A DNA stretch of 64,000 nt from Candidatus Latescibacterota bacterium (GTDB taxonomy: Bacteria > Latescibacterota > UBA2968 > GCA-2709665). The notes under the pieces were generated by a model. That model saw only the letters and a program-made list of their open reading frames with translations. It was not told the DNA's origin and did no database searches. Made by a program: the position numbers and the translations under genes. Of this stretch, positions 28,394 to 39,070 are shown piece by piece. Where the stretch lies: positions 3,680,001-3,744,000 of the forward strand of contig CBDCOX010000002.1 in the NCBI GenBank assembly GCA_965219995.1, written 5' to 3'. How positions within the stretch are numbered: position 1 is the stretch's first letter; every line of letters begins with the position of its first letter.

Positions 28394-30721
28394 ATGGACC
28401 TAGCGAAGTTTGAAGACGACACGGTCATCTCGGAGCAGCTTCTTATCGAATCCGAGCGCGAAGAGAACGTCGACCTGCCGGTGGATTCGGGCGACTGGCA
28501 GCGGGTGAACGAGATTCGCGCCGAGGTCTTTCTCCCGCCCGGCGCAAACGGCCTGCTCTGGTGCCGGTTGACTTCGGGTCATCGCACGGAGGGCATGAGC
28601 GAGGACGACGGCTATCTGTTCCACGCCATCGTCTCCCCGCGCGGCGGCAACATCTGGGAGGGCTGGCGGGAATTCCGGTTCCCCGCCGAGTGTTTCTATA
28701 CGCAGGGGATTCCGACCGGATGGGGGCAGATGCGCTCGGTAACCCTAAACGGGCCGCGGGGCAGCCGGTTTCGCAACATTCGCCTTGTGGAACGTGACGT
28801 CCGGCCCGGGCCGAGAATGACGGATGAGCAGTTGATCGCTGCGCTGAATCCGGACCATCCCGGTCTGGGGATGATTCGTGGAGGGAGCGCGGAGTCTGTC
28901 TTCCCGGAAGTCGCGCGGTATTTCCGATCCAGCGGCTTCGACCGGGAACTGGTCCCGAGCGAGCGGGAGCCGAATGCCGATCCCGATCAGGCCGACCGGG
29001 TCCTGGAAGGCCGGGTACTGGATCAGGACTGGTCCGCGCAGATCGACTGGGAGGCCAATCCCACCGGCTATATCGAATGGACGCTGGCCATCCACTATCT
29101 CCTGTTCCTCAGGCCCGCGATCGACGCGTACTGGGAAACCGGACAGGCGAAATATGCAACGGGCATCGAGCGGTACATCAAGGACTGGATGCGGCGCTGC
29201 CCGGTCCCCTATGGCGTTCGCGCCGGGGGGTACCCGTGGGGCCATTCGCTGGTGGTTGCGATAAGGCCGTTCAGCACGCTCGTGGACGTCTTCCGCGTCC
29301 TCTGCGCGTATCCGGAAACCGATGACGGCACGATCATCGACATGCTCAAGTCGATCTACGAGCACCAGGTCTATCTGCTGAAGTTCCAGTCCTTCCCGCC
29401 CTCGAACAAGACCATTGCCGAGGCCCGGACCATCGGCGCGCTGGGATGCGCATTCCCGGAGTTCAGAGACGCCGCGTACTGGCGGGAAGAGGGATATCGC
29501 CGGCTGCTGGACGACATGCGCGTGCAAGTGATGGCCGACGGGGCCTCCTACGAACTCACGCCGGGTTACCAGATGAGTATTTCCACCTGGTTCCTGGAAT
29601 CGTTTCAGGTGGCGCGAAAATTCAACCATCCGATCGACCCCGAACTTGAGGCCGGCATTCGATCGATGTTCGACTGGAGCGTAGCCATCACCCGGCCGGA
29701 CTTCACCCGTCCCTCCGTTTCCGACGCCGGCAGCATGGATTCGAAGTACGGTGATTCACTCGCCACTCCGGGTCGCGTCCTGAACAATCCGGCCGCGGTG
29801 TGGGTGGGGACCGAAGGCCGCGAGGGCGCCGCGCCCGACTACAACTCGATCGCCCTTCGGGACTCGGGATATTTCGTCATGCGCAGCGGTTGGGACCGGG
29901 ACGCCCGGTATCTGTTCTTCGACGGAGGGCCCTACGGCCGCTGGCACCAGCACGAGGACAAACTCAACATCGAAGTCTATGCCCACGGCACGCCATATAT
30001 CGTTGACCCCGGCATCACGTCGTACTACACCAACCCGTGGACCCGTTTTTACACCACCACACAGGCCCACAACACAGTCCTCGTGGACGGCCGCGCGCAG
30101 GCCCGGGGCCGCAATCAGACCATCGAACAATGGACCGAGTCCGCCCGCGATTCGACATTCTGGCATTCGGATGACGATTCCGACGTTGCCGCGGCGAGTT
30201 ACGACGCGCCATACGCAGATCTGGATGTGGCGGTCCGGCATCGCCGTGCGGTAATTTTCGTCAAACCGGATTATTTCATGGTCTTCGATGAACTGACGGG
30301 CGAGGGCAGCCATACGTACGAGGCATTGTTCCACTTCATGCCGTTCCGTCTGCTGATAGATTCCGAGACCGGCGCCGTCCGCACCGGGCGTATGGATGCA
30401 CCCAATCTGGAGTTGATTCCACTGACCCGGATGACGCCCCGGCTGGTCTGCGGTCAAAACGACCCGGTCCAGGGCTGGCTGGCGGTTAACGGGCAGGACG
30501 TGCCGGCGCCCGTGGCCGTCTACAAGAGGCGGAGCCGGCTGCCGTTCCGGACCGGATACGTGATCTACCCGTTCGGCGCGGACCGCGTCACCGCCGGCAT
30601 CACCGCAAAAACCGCTCGGCGCGCGAACGTATGGACCGTCAGCATCGACCATGCCGACGGCGGGCGGGATCGCGTGCGTATGGTTTGGGAGAACGAGCGA
30701 GGGCCGGAATTGATGCGGTGA
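28394..30721 (+). CDS. heparinase II/III family polysaccharide lyase-like protein
   Basis: DGASYELTPGYQ, SGYFVMRSGW, HQHEDKL, DPG..AHNTVLVDG. Confidence 0.85.
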   Translation: MDLAKFEDDTVISEQLLIESEREENVDLPVDSGDWQRVNEIRAEVFLPPGANGLLWCRLTSGHRTEGMSEDDGYLFHAIVSPRGGNIWEGWREFRFPAECFYTQGIPTGWGQMRSVTLNGPRGSRFRNIRLVERDVRPGPRMTDEQLIAALNPDHPGLGMIRGGSAESVFPEVARYFRSSGFDRELVPSEREPNADPDQADRVLEGRVLDQDWSAQIDWEANPTGYIEWTLAIHYLLFLRPAIDAYWETGQAKYATGIERYIKDWMRRCPVPYGVRAGGYPWGHSLVVAIRPFSTLVDVFRVLCAYPETDDGTIIDMLKSIYEHQVYLLKFQSFPPSNKTIAEARTIGALGCAFPEFRDAAYWREEGYRRLLDDMRVQVMADGASYELTPGYQMSISTWFLESFQVARKFNHPIDPELEAGIRSMFDWSVAITRPDFTRPSVSDAGSMDSKYGDSLATPGRVLNNPAAVWVGTEGREGAAPDYNSIALRDSGYFVMRSGWDRDARYLFFDGGPYGRWHQHEDKLNIEVYAHGTPYIVDPGITSYYTNPWTRFYTTTQAHNTVLVDGRAQARGRNQTIEQWTESARDSTFWHSDDDSDVAAASYDAPYADLDVAVRHRRAVIFVKPDYFMVFDELTGEGSHTYEALFHFMPFRLLIDSETGAVRTGRMDAPNLELIPLTRMTPRLVCGQNDPVQGWLAVNGQDVPAPVAVYKRRSRLPFRTGYVIYPFGADRVTAGITAKTARRANVWTVSIDHADGGRDRVRMVWENERGPELMR

Positions 30722-30750
30722 CATGGTCAGCCGACAGCAACTGAAACACG

Positions 30751-30788
30751 AAGAAGGACGGCTTCCATCGAGAAACCGTCCTTCTTTG
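30751..30788. terminator. bidirectional terminator
   Basis: AAGAAGGACGG...CCGTCCTTCTTT between convergent genes. Confidence 0.75.
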
Positions 30789-30855
30789 TGCATCCAATAC
30801 CGAACCACACGATTATGTGTGGTCACGGCGCCGGCGTGAAAAGTTGCCGTGCGGA

Positions 30856-32817
30856 TCAGCCCGCGTCATCCGTCTCCGCAAGATGCGCCTGCCGCGCCTC
30901 CTCGACCTTCGCGGGCGGAACGGGCCGGGAGAGCCCCACGTAAAACGCCAGGTACCACATGACGAAGATCCCGAAAGCCAGCATCAACAATTGCCACACC
31001 CAAAGGGATGGCAGTCCGAACGGCCCCCAGGTTGCCGGCTGGTTGGGGTCGCCGAACAGCGTATTGCCGACCACAGCAAAGGGTCCGAAGCCCACGAGGA
31101 ACCAGACCACGGTGAACAGCCAGGCCCAGGGGACGTGCCTGCGCCGCTCCTGCGAAATACCCGAGACCGCCTGAACGAAGCGGTGATGGCTCGCTTTCCG
31201 GTCCCGGTCTTCCCCGCCGTCCGGCCAGAAATACGACACAAGAACGGCAACCAGCATGTTGAAGAAAATGCCCCAGCCCGCGCTGTGAATCGTCAGCGGG
31301 TACGCGCCCCAGGGCGTGTCGCTGATCGTGGAGGCGATGCGGTCCGGCAGGAACAGCTTCACAAATCCCATGATCACGGGAAGCACCTCGCTGACCGTGC
31401 GGTCGGTAAGCGTAACCGCTGCCAGTCCCGCAACCAGCCCCCATACCACGCCCTTCCTGGTGAAGAACCGGAAATAACAGAGCCCCATCAATGCCGGATA
31501 CATCTGAAACCCGTAGGCCACGGCGAGTCCGCCCAGCATCACGATAGCCTGCGTGGATTTGGCTGCCACAATCAGCGCGGCAAGGGTTACCAGTATCACG
31601 AATATCCGGCCGTACAACTTCTGCGTGCGGTCCGAAGCATCGGGCGAAACATAACGCCGGTAGAGGTCCCGGGTCACCATCCCGCTGAACGTGGACATAT
31701 ATGCCGCCCCCGTGCTCTGCATGGCGCCCAGCGCACATACAGCCAGCAATCCCACCAGCCACGGATAATTGTCCGCCATCAGGTTGATCAACTGCGGCAC
31801 CAATTCCGGCCGGGAGACCTTCTCGAAGACCCCGTTGGCCAGCAGCACGTTGCCGCCCAGACCCTGAAAGATGGTGAAGGTAAACAGGATGATGCCGATG
31901 ATCACGGAGGACGCCACCACCTGCTGCCAGCGAAAGGGTTCGCTGGTACGGTTGGAAAACGCCCACATGGAAAACGCGGGTGACGATTGAATGCCCATCA
32001 GCGCGAACATATAGGTCATACACATCATGCCGGTCCAGACGCCGCCAACCGCTTTCGACCCCTCGGAAACAACCTGAATTGAGCCGGGCAACGCCACGTA
32101 ATGGGAATACCCCGCGGGCGTCAGTCCCTTTCCCGAAGCCAGGTCCTGCCGGACGAGATTTCCGATTCCCTCCGTAAACGCGGTCCATCCGCCGGCAAAG
32201 TGGACGGCCACAAAACCCAGCACGACGATTCCGAACGCCAGAAGGATGCACTGCGCGCAGTCTACGTAAGCCACCGAACGCAGCCCTCCTGCAGCGACAT
32301 AGATCATCACGATGGCGGAAAGGGCGAACATACCCACTTCCACGCTCAGCAGATTGTCGGAGAGTACGTTGAACAGGAACCCGGAGGCCCGGAGCTGGAC
32401 ACCCAGATACGGAACGCTGAACAGAAACGCCACGAGTACCGTCAGCAGTCTGATCGTATCGCCGCCGTAGTAGTGCGAATACATCTCGCCGGGCGTGATA
32501 TGCTGAAACGCCCTCCCGATGAGCCATTGCCGCCTCAGGAAAAGCACGCCGGTAAACGGAATCGTCAGCGCATAGAAGGAAGCGAACGCATAGGGAAGGC
32601 CTGCCTCCAGAATGAGACCGGGATGACCCACGAAGGTCCAGCCCGAAAAACTGGTGGCGGTGGCGGCCAGCACGAAAACCCAGATGCCGATGCTGCGGCC
32701 GGCCACGAAATAATCCGCGGACGTGCGCGATCGCAGGGCCCCCCGGAACCCCCAGAAAAGACAATAGGCCCAGTACAGGCCCACGAAGATCAGCAACCAG
32801 ATCAGTTTGGCTTCCAC
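30856..32817 (-). CDS. sodium:solute symporter (SSS) family protein
   Basis: DYFVAGRSIG, ATSFSGWTF, GGLRSVAYVD, AMQST; GGAGG RBS before GTG. Confidence 0.9.
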   Translation of the reverse strand: MEAKLIWLLIFVGLYWAYCLFWGFRGALRSRTSADYFVAGRSIGIWVFVLAATATSFSGWTFVGHPGLILEAGLPYAFASFYALTIPFTGVLFLRRQWLIGRAFQHITPGEMYSHYYGGDTIRLLTVLVAFLFSVPYLGVQLRASGFLFNVLSDNLLSVEVGMFALSAIVMIYVAAGGLRSVAYVDCAQCILLAFGIVVLGFVAVHFAGGWTAFTEGIGNLVRQDLASGKGLTPAGYSHYVALPGSIQVVSEGSKAVGGVWTGMMCMTYMFALMGIQSSPAFSMWAFSNRTSEPFRWQQVVASSVIIGIILFTFTIFQGLGGNVLLANGVFEKVSRPELVPQLINLMADNYPWLVGLLAVCALGAMQSTGAAYMSTFSGMVTRDLYRRYVSPDASDRTQKLYGRIFVILVTLAALIVAAKSTQAIVMLGGLAVAYGFQMYPALMGLCYFRFFTRKGVVWGLVAGLAAVTLTDRTVSEVLPVIMGFVKLFLPDRIASTISDTPWGAYPLTIHSAGWGIFFNMLVAVLVSYFWPDGGEDRDRKASHHRFVQAVSGISQERRRHVPWAWLFTVVWFLVGFGPFAVVGNTLFGDPNQPATWGPFGLPSLWVWQLLMLAFGIFVMWYLAFYVGLSRPVPPAKVEEARQAHLAETDDAG

Positions 32818-33106
32818 AACGTCCGTCCCTCCCGTGGAAATGAAGGAAAACGAAGAACATGCCCGGCAAGGTATGAAGAATAGCCCTGATACGCAACGGT
32901 AAATTGCCCAAAGGCGACTCGCCGCGGTCCGATCCGGCAGCCGGCATCCACGGCCCCGAATCCGATTTTTGATTTGACAAGACGGGGATATTTTCGTATG
33001 GAAAGTTGCAGTGTTGAGCCGTGAAAGCGTGTTCACCGCACGCTGTCAGGCCTTCAACGTCCGACAGAACACCAAGCGCAAGTTCGAACTTCCCCGGTTC
33101 AGCGAC

Positions 33107-34639
33107 ATGTCTATCTCGCGAAAAAGACTCACGCCGGCTATCGTCGGCTTTCTCGTCTCCGCCTGCACCCTGGCGCCGCGCTCCGCGCCTGTCGTTTCCG
33201 AACCGGTTGCGGAGCTCACCGATGGGCCCGCCGGAGGCGAGGTCGCCGGTTCTATCGAACGGCGCGAGTGGTGGAAAACGTTCGCCGACCCGGCCCTCAA
33301 CCGGGTTATCGAAGGAGTACTGGCGTCCAACTTCGATCTTGCCGGCGCGGTCGCCCGGGTCGATCAGGCCAGGGCGCGCGCGCGCATCGCCAGGGCGCCC
33401 CTGTTCCCGTCGATTCAGCCGACAGCCGGCGTCAACGAATTCGATGCGCCCACCAATGCGGGTATCGGCGCGCAGCTGGACGAACTGGGAGTGGGTTCGG
33501 GAGGTGGCGGCGTGCCGCGAATCGTCCTCCCCGATCGACTCGGGTTGACGACTTACACGGTCGGTGCGGAATTCGCGTATGAACTGGACTTCTGGGGCCG
33601 GAACCGGAACGACGGTCTGGCCGCGGGAGCCGAGCGCCTGGCATCCGAGTCGGATTATCTGACGGCCCGCATGGGCGTGCTGGCCGAAACGGTGCGGACC
33701 TATCTCGAGATTGTCAACCTGCGCCACCAGAGGCGATTGACCGGTGAAATCACAGAGATACACGGGCAACGGGAGTCGCTGGCCGCGTCCCGTTACAACC
33801 GCGGGTTGATCGATGCCAGCGGCCTCCACCGGGCGCGGCAGGAAGCGCGCAACGCCCAGGCGGAACTGCCGCAGATCGAAGCTCTGCTGGCCGACGCGGA
33901 GGGGCGGCTCCGCGTGCTTATGGGAGACCACCGCGCGGATCTCACGCGTATGCTGCCCGATACCCTGGCACGGACCAGCGCCCTGCAACCGGTTCCATCG
34001 GGCATCCCGACCCGTCTCCTGGCGCAGCGCCCGGACGTGATCGCGGCAAAGCAACGGATGGAAGCGGCCCGGTACCAGGTTGGCGCACGTCGCGCGGACC
34101 TGGCGCCAAGACTCTCCCTGCACGGTTCCATCGGGCTGCGGAGCACGGAATCGAACGAGTGGTTCAACCCGGAACAATGGTTCCGGAACTTGAGTATGAA
34201 CCTGCTCGGACCCGTATTCCAGGGTGCGCGGCTGCGCGGCAACGTTGCGCTGGCCCAGGCGGGATTGAAAGCAGCGGTCTCGGCCTACGGGAGAACCGTG
34301 GTTACCGCGGCCAACGAGATTGAATCCGCCCTTGCGGGGCTTGCTGCCAGCCGACGTCGCCATTCGCTGCTGGCCTCACTGTCGAAAACGGCGCACGCGG
34401 AAAAAGAACTACAGGAGCAACGGTACGTTTCGGGTGTGGTTGACTATGAGGTGCTCCTGACGGCGACGCAGACCCGGTTGGCAGCGGAATCATTGCTTGC
34501 CGCGGCAAAGCGCGACCTGGGCTACGCCCACCTTGCGCTTCATCGCGCGCTGGGAGGCGCGTGGGCCGCAGGCGACCTTCAGGCCCGCCTGCAGCAGCCG
34601 CCGAACCAGCGAATCCTCTCCCGACCTCCAACGGAGTAG
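33107..34639 (+). CDS. RND efflux outer-membrane lipoprotein (NodT/TolC)
   Basis: Lipobox VSAC, WWKTFADP, YELDFWGR, QRPDVIAA, ALGGAW. Confidence 0.92.
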   Translation: MSISRKRLTPAIVGFLVSACTLAPRSAPVVSEPVAELTDGPAGGEVAGSIERREWWKTFADPALNRVIEGVLASNFDLAGAVARVDQARARARIARAPLFPSIQPTAGVNEFDAPTNAGIGAQLDELGVGSGGGGVPRIVLPDRLGLTTYTVGAEFAYELDFWGRNRNDGLAAGAERLASESDYLTARMGVLAETVRTYLEIVNLRHQRRLTGEITEIHGQRESLAASRYNRGLIDASGLHRARQEARNAQAELPQIEALLADAEGRLRVLMGDHRADLTRMLPDTLARTSALQPVPSGIPTRLLAQRPDVIAAKQRMEAARYQVGARRADLAPRLSLHGSIGLRSTESNEWFNPEQWFRNLSMNLLGPVFQGARLRGNVALAQAGLKAAVSAYGRTVVTAANEIESALAGLAASRRRHSLLASLSKTAHAEKELQEQRYVSGVVDYEVLLTATQTRLAAESLLAAAKRDLGYAHLALHRALGGAWAAGDLQARLQQPPNQRILSRPPTE

Positions 34640-34645
34640 ATTGCC

Positions 34646-35857
34646 ATGTCCCGCAAATCGAGTGCTTTTGCTGCCGGCGCGATTGTCGTGGTCTCCGTGG
34701 CTCTGGCTGCGCTGCTGATTTCGCTGGCGCCCGAACCCACCCGGACCGAACAGCCTCCCCACGTGCCTTTCGTGCAGACGGGTCCGGTTTCAGCCGGGTC
34801 CGGATCCATTCCGGTTTTCGGGTCCGGTACGGTGAGGCCGGGCGCGGAGGTCGCTGTCGTCCCCGAGGTGGGCGGCAGGGTTGTCTGGGTGGATCCGGGA
34901 TTCAAGAGCGGAGGAAGGGTCAGGGCGGGCCAGACGGTTTTCCGCATCGAAGAGGTGCATTACCGGTTTCGGGTGCAGGAAGCGGAGGCGAACGTTGCGG
35001 CCAGCCGGGTTGCTTTTCTCCGGGAGCAGGAGCAGGCATCCATCGCACGCTCGCAGTACGAACTTTACGCCGCCCCGCGGGGGGATGGGGCGCCGCCGTC
35101 CGATGCGAATCCTCTCACGCTCAGGGAACCTCAGTTGGACGCGGCGCGGGCGGCGCTGAGCCGCGACGAGGCGAGGCTTGCCGATGCCAGACTCGCCCTT
35201 TCGAAGACACGGATTACCGCGCCTTTCAATGGCCTTGTCCGCGATGAGTCCGTTAACGTGGGACAGGTCGTGAGCCCCGGCCGGCCGGTGGGCCGGCTGA
35301 TCGCTTCGGACGCGGTGGAAGTGGTCGTTCCACTGTCCGATTCCGATGCCGCCATGATCCCGGGACTCTGGGATCTGAATGCGGGAGACGGTAATCGTGA
35401 CGTGTCAGCCCGGGTGATCGCCCGGTACGGCGAGGCCCGGTATGCCTGGCAGGGGTACGTGGAGCGGGCCGAGGCATCCCTCGACGAGCAGACGCGAACC
35501 ATCGATGTCATCGTACGTGTACCGGATCCGCTTACGGCAGGCGATCCGACGGACGGGATCGTCAGTCCCGGCGGCAGTCCACCGCTTCTGGTGGGCGAAT
35601 TCGTCGAAGTGGAAATCGAGGGGCTGGTTTTGGAACGCTATTTCAAGGTGCCGCGGGCGTCGCTGAAACCCGGCAACGAGGTCTGGATGGTGAAAGCCGG
35701 CGTTGTGAAGCTTGTTCCGGTTCGCGTATTGCAGCGCGCCGACGATGAAGTGTTCGTGACGGGTTCGCTCGAACACGGTCTGGCGGTGATCACGGGCGGA
35801 GTTCAGTTCGCCACGGAGGGAATGCCCGTCCAGACGGAGACTGACGGGTCGCCATGA
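34646..35857 (+). CDS. RND efflux periplasmic adaptor (MFP)
   Basis: N-terminal TM, EVGGRV, ITAPFNG, DEQTRT. Confidence 0.92.
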   Translation: MSRKSSAFAAGAIVVVSVALAALLISLAPEPTRTEQPPHVPFVQTGPVSAGSGSIPVFGSGTVRPGAEVAVVPEVGGRVVWVDPGFKSGGRVRAGQTVFRIEEVHYRFRVQEAEANVAASRVAFLREQEQASIARSQYELYAAPRGDGAPPSDANPLTLREPQLDAARAALSRDEARLADARLALSKTRITAPFNGLVRDESVNVGQVVSPGRPVGRLIASDAVEVVVPLSDSDAAMIPGLWDLNAGDGNRDVSARVIARYGEARYAWQGYVERAEASLDEQTRTIDVIVRVPDPLTAGDPTDGIVSPGGSPPLLVGEFVEVEIEGLVLERYFKVPRASLKPGNEVWMVKAGVVKLVPVRVLQRADDEVFVTGSLEHGLAVITGGVQFATEGMPVQTETDGSP

Positions 35858-38800
35858 GTCCGAACGGGAACAACCACGGCGAACGGCCGGGGCCGATCGC
35901 CTACATGGCCGAAAACGGCATCGCGGCCAATCTGTTGATGTGGGTCATTATCGCGTTCGGGCTGGTGTCGATGACCGGCCTGGAGCGGGAGGCGTGGCCC
36001 ACGGTTCCGTTCTACCATATCGAAGTCTCGATGGCCTATCCCGGCGCCACGCCGGAGGAGGTGGAGGAGTCGATCGTTGTCAAGATCGAGGACCGGGTCA
36101 GCGGTCTGGACGACGTAAAGGCGGTCAAGTCCGTGGCGGCGCCGGGCATCGCGTCCGTCAGGATTCAGATGGATTCCGGAACGGACATGGCCCGGGCCCT
36201 GGACGATATCGAGTCTGCGGTCAATCGCATTCAGACGTTCCCGGGCGGCGCCGAACGTCCCCTGTTCTGGGAGATGACCAATCGCCAGAGCATGATGCGG
36301 CTCATTGTCTACGGCGATGTGCCGGAGCGCTCTCTGAAGGAACTGGCCTACCAGATCGAGGACGAACTCAAGACGCTTGCCTCCGTGTCCCAGGTGGAGG
36401 TCAGCGGCGTCAGGAACTACGAAATCTCCATCGAAATTCCGCTTCATCGACTGAGGGCTCTCGGACTTACACTCAACGACATTGCCGACACGATTCGCCG
36501 CAGTTCCCTGGACCTGTCGGCCGGAAGCATCAATACCCGGGAATCCCAGGTGCGCGTCCGGACCCTGGGCCAGAACTACAACCAGCAGGACTTCGAAGAC
36601 ATCGTCCTGCTCAGCAACAGCGACGGAACGGTCCTGCGCGTTGGCGATATCGCAGAAGTCCGAGACGGTTTTCAGGAAGCCGACCTGATTGTGCGGCATC
36701 AGAACCGGCCCGCTGTATTCGTGGAGGTGTACCGGGCTGAAGGCGAACACGTGATGGAGGTGGCCACGGCCGTGCGGGAGCACCTCGCGAACGAGGTAAT
36801 TCCGTCTCTGCCCGGCGGCGTGGGCGTTACGATCTGGAACGACGAGTCCCAGGACTTCAAGGAACGTACCGAGATTCTCCTTAAAAACGGCGTACTGGGC
36901 CTTCTGCTGGTGCTGGTCTCACTCAGCCTGTTTCTCCAGATCCGGCTGGCGATGTGGGTCGCCGTGGGTCTCGCCGTGTCGGGTATCGGCGCCCTGGCGG
37001 CCATGCTGGTCCTCGACGTCGCGATCAACGCTCAGAGCCTGTTTTCATTCGTCCTCGCCATAGGTATTGTCGTCGATGACGCGATCGTCGTGTCCGAACT
37101 TATCCAAAACGAACGCAAGCGGGGTACCCCCGGAGTCCAGGCTGCAATCCGCGGCGCCCGCAGAATAAAAGTACCGTTGATATTCGCGGTTCTCACCACG
37201 ATAGTCGCCTTCGTCCCGCTCCTGTTCATCCCCGGCGGCGTCGGTGAGTCCTGGCGGGCGCTGCCGATCATCATGATTTCCATCCTCCTGTTCTCCCTGG
37301 TCGAATCGCTGCTTATTCTTCCGAATCACCTCTCCCATATGCACGGTCCCGAATGGACGCCGAAAAACGCCTTCGACCGGTTCTTCGCGCGGGTCCAGGG
37401 CCATGTCGACGTACTGCTGAACCGGTTCGTGCAGGGACCTCTGGACAGGGCATTGCGGTTCGCGGCGGACCAGCCATGGGTGACCATGGCGGGAGCGGTG
37501 GGACTGCTCGTGCTGTGTTTCGCTCTGGTGGGCGCGGGTATCATCCCGACGACGCTGGCGGCTGAGGTCGAGGGGGATTTCGCAACGGTGACCCTGGAGA
37601 TGCCCGACGGGACGACGGCCACGAGGACTTACGAAGTGGCCCGGGAACTGGAGTCGGCCGGGCACCGGGTCATCGAACGACTCTCTCGCGAACGGCCCGC
37701 GGACGCGCCTCCGCTGCTTTCCGGCGTGATTGTGACGGTCGGACAGCGGCCGCGGATCCAGGGCGGGGGGCTGAACCCGGCGCCAACCCTGAATCCGGAA
37801 GCCAATGTCGCCACCATCGAGTTCAAACTCCTGGGCGCGCAGCAACGGACGATCTCAACGGTGGATTTCGTTCAGGCCTGGCGGGAGGAGGTGGGGGTCC
37901 TGCCCTACGTGCGAGGCATTTCCTACAGCGGCGAGATCATCGACTTCGGCAGCCCAGTGGAGGCCGTCCTGTCCCATCCGAATCCGGAGCGGCTCGTTCA
38001 AGTCGCAGACGACGTGGTCGACGGACTCCGCGGCATTGGGGGCGTCCACGACGTACGATCGGACCACACGCCGGGTGTCCCGGAAATTCAACTCGAGCTG
38101 CGGCCGGAGGCACAGACGCTCGGTCTTACGCTTGAAGCGCTGGCCGGCCAGGCGCGCGCCGCGTTTTTCGGAGCGGAAGCCGTCCGGATTCAGCGCGGAC
38201 GCGAGGAAGTCCGTGCCTATGTGCGGCTGCCCGAGGATGAGCGGAATTCCATTACCGATATCGAAGGGTACCTGATCCGGACGCCGAACGGGGCGGAGAT
38301 TCCGGTTACCGGGGTTGCCGCGATGAAATCGGGCATGTCGCCGCCGGCCATTCGAAGGAAGGACGGTCAGCGCGTGGTCACGGTTACTGCCGACGTGGAC
38401 GCGGCGGTGATTTCCGGCGATGAAGCCAACGACATCCTGGCCAACTCGATTCTCGCGGACCTGACTGCCGCAGACCCGGACCTGACCTACACGTTCGGGG
38501 GCGAGCAACAACAGCAGCTCGAGTCTCTCGATGCGCTGTTTCGCGGGTTCGCGATTGCGTTGTTGATGATTTTCGTGCTGCTTGCCATTCCCCTGCGCTC
38601 CTACACCAAACCCTTCATTATTATGGCCGTCATCCCCTTCGGCCTGATCGGCGTGATCATGGGTCACTGGGTCCTGGGGCTGGCCCTGAGCGCGGTATCG
38701 TTCATGGGTGTCTTCGGCCTGAGCGGCGTGGTCGTAAACGATTCCCTGGTGATGATCGATTTCATCGATCAGAAACTCAGGGAGGGCGTCCCCGTGCGAA

Positions 38801-39039
38801 CGGCGATCATCGAGGGCGCAAAGGGGCGTTTTCGTCCGATAATGCTTACTTCCCTGACGACTTTCCTTGGCTTCTTTCCTCTTATATTGGAACGCGCCAT
38901 CCAGGCGCAGTTCCTCGTCCCCTTCGCAGCGTCGCTCGGTTTCGGCATCGTCATCGCCACGTCAATCCTGCTGATGATCGTGCCCGCTCTATACGCCATC
39001 CGGCTGCACCTGGTTCCCCTGCGCGATAACGCGAGTTAG
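35854..39039 (+). CDS. RND efflux permease (AcrB/AcrD/AcrF family)
   Basis: YPGATPEEVE, GIVVDDAIVV, GVVVNDS, RFRPIMLT. Confidence 0.95.
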   Translation: MSPNGNNHGERPGPIAYMAENGIAANLLMWVIIAFGLVSMTGLEREAWPTVPFYHIEVSMAYPGATPEEVEESIVVKIEDRVSGLDDVKAVKSVAAPGIASVRIQMDSGTDMARALDDIESAVNRIQTFPGGAERPLFWEMTNRQSMMRLIVYGDVPERSLKELAYQIEDELKTLASVSQVEVSGVRNYEISIEIPLHRLRALGLTLNDIADTIRRSSLDLSAGSINTRESQVRVRTLGQNYNQQDFEDIVLLSNSDGTVLRVGDIAEVRDGFQEADLIVRHQNRPAVFVEVYRAEGEHVMEVATAVREHLANEVIPSLPGGVGVTIWNDESQDFKERTEILLKNGVLGLLLVLVSLSLFLQIRLAMWVAVGLAVSGIGALAAMLVLDVAINAQSLFSFVLAIGIVVDDAIVVSELIQNERKRGTPGVQAAIRGARRIKVPLIFAVLTTIVAFVPLLFIPGGVGESWRALPIIMISILLFSLVESLLILPNHLSHMHGPEWTPKNAFDRFFARVQGHVDVLLNRFVQGPLDRALRFAADQPWVTMAGAVGLLVLCFALVGAGIIPTTLAAEVEGDFATVTLEMPDGTTATRTYEVARELESAGHRVIERLSRERPADAPPLLSGVIVTVGQRPRIQGGGLNPAPTLNPEANVATIEFKLLGAQQRTISTVDFVQAWREEVGVLPYVRGISYSGEIIDFGSPVEAVLSHPNPERLVQVADDVVDGLRGIGGVHDVRSDHTPGVPEIQLELRPEAQTLGLTLEALAGQARAAFFGAEAVRIQRGREEVRAYVRLPEDERNSITDIEGYLIRTPNGAEIPVTGVAAMKSGMSPPAIRRKDGQRVVTVTADVDAAVISGDEANDILANSILADLTAADPDLTYTFGGEQQQQLESLDALFRGFAIALLMIFVLLAIPLRSYTKPFIIMAVIPFGLIGVIMGHWVLGLALSAVSFMGVFGLSGVVVNDSLVMIDFIDQKLREGVPVRTAIIEGAKGRFRPIMLTSLTTFLGFFPLILERAIQAQFLVPFAASLGFGIVIATSILLMIVPALYAIRLHLVPLRDNAS

Positions 39040-39070
39040 CCTCCGGCAAGAGATGATACCGAACAGGCGC

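Noticed and set aside
30866-34363. 1165-aa minus-strand ORF
   Set aside because: Shadow frame over the SSS gene and antisense to the RND outer-membrane gene; Arg/Gly/Pro-rich with no motifs
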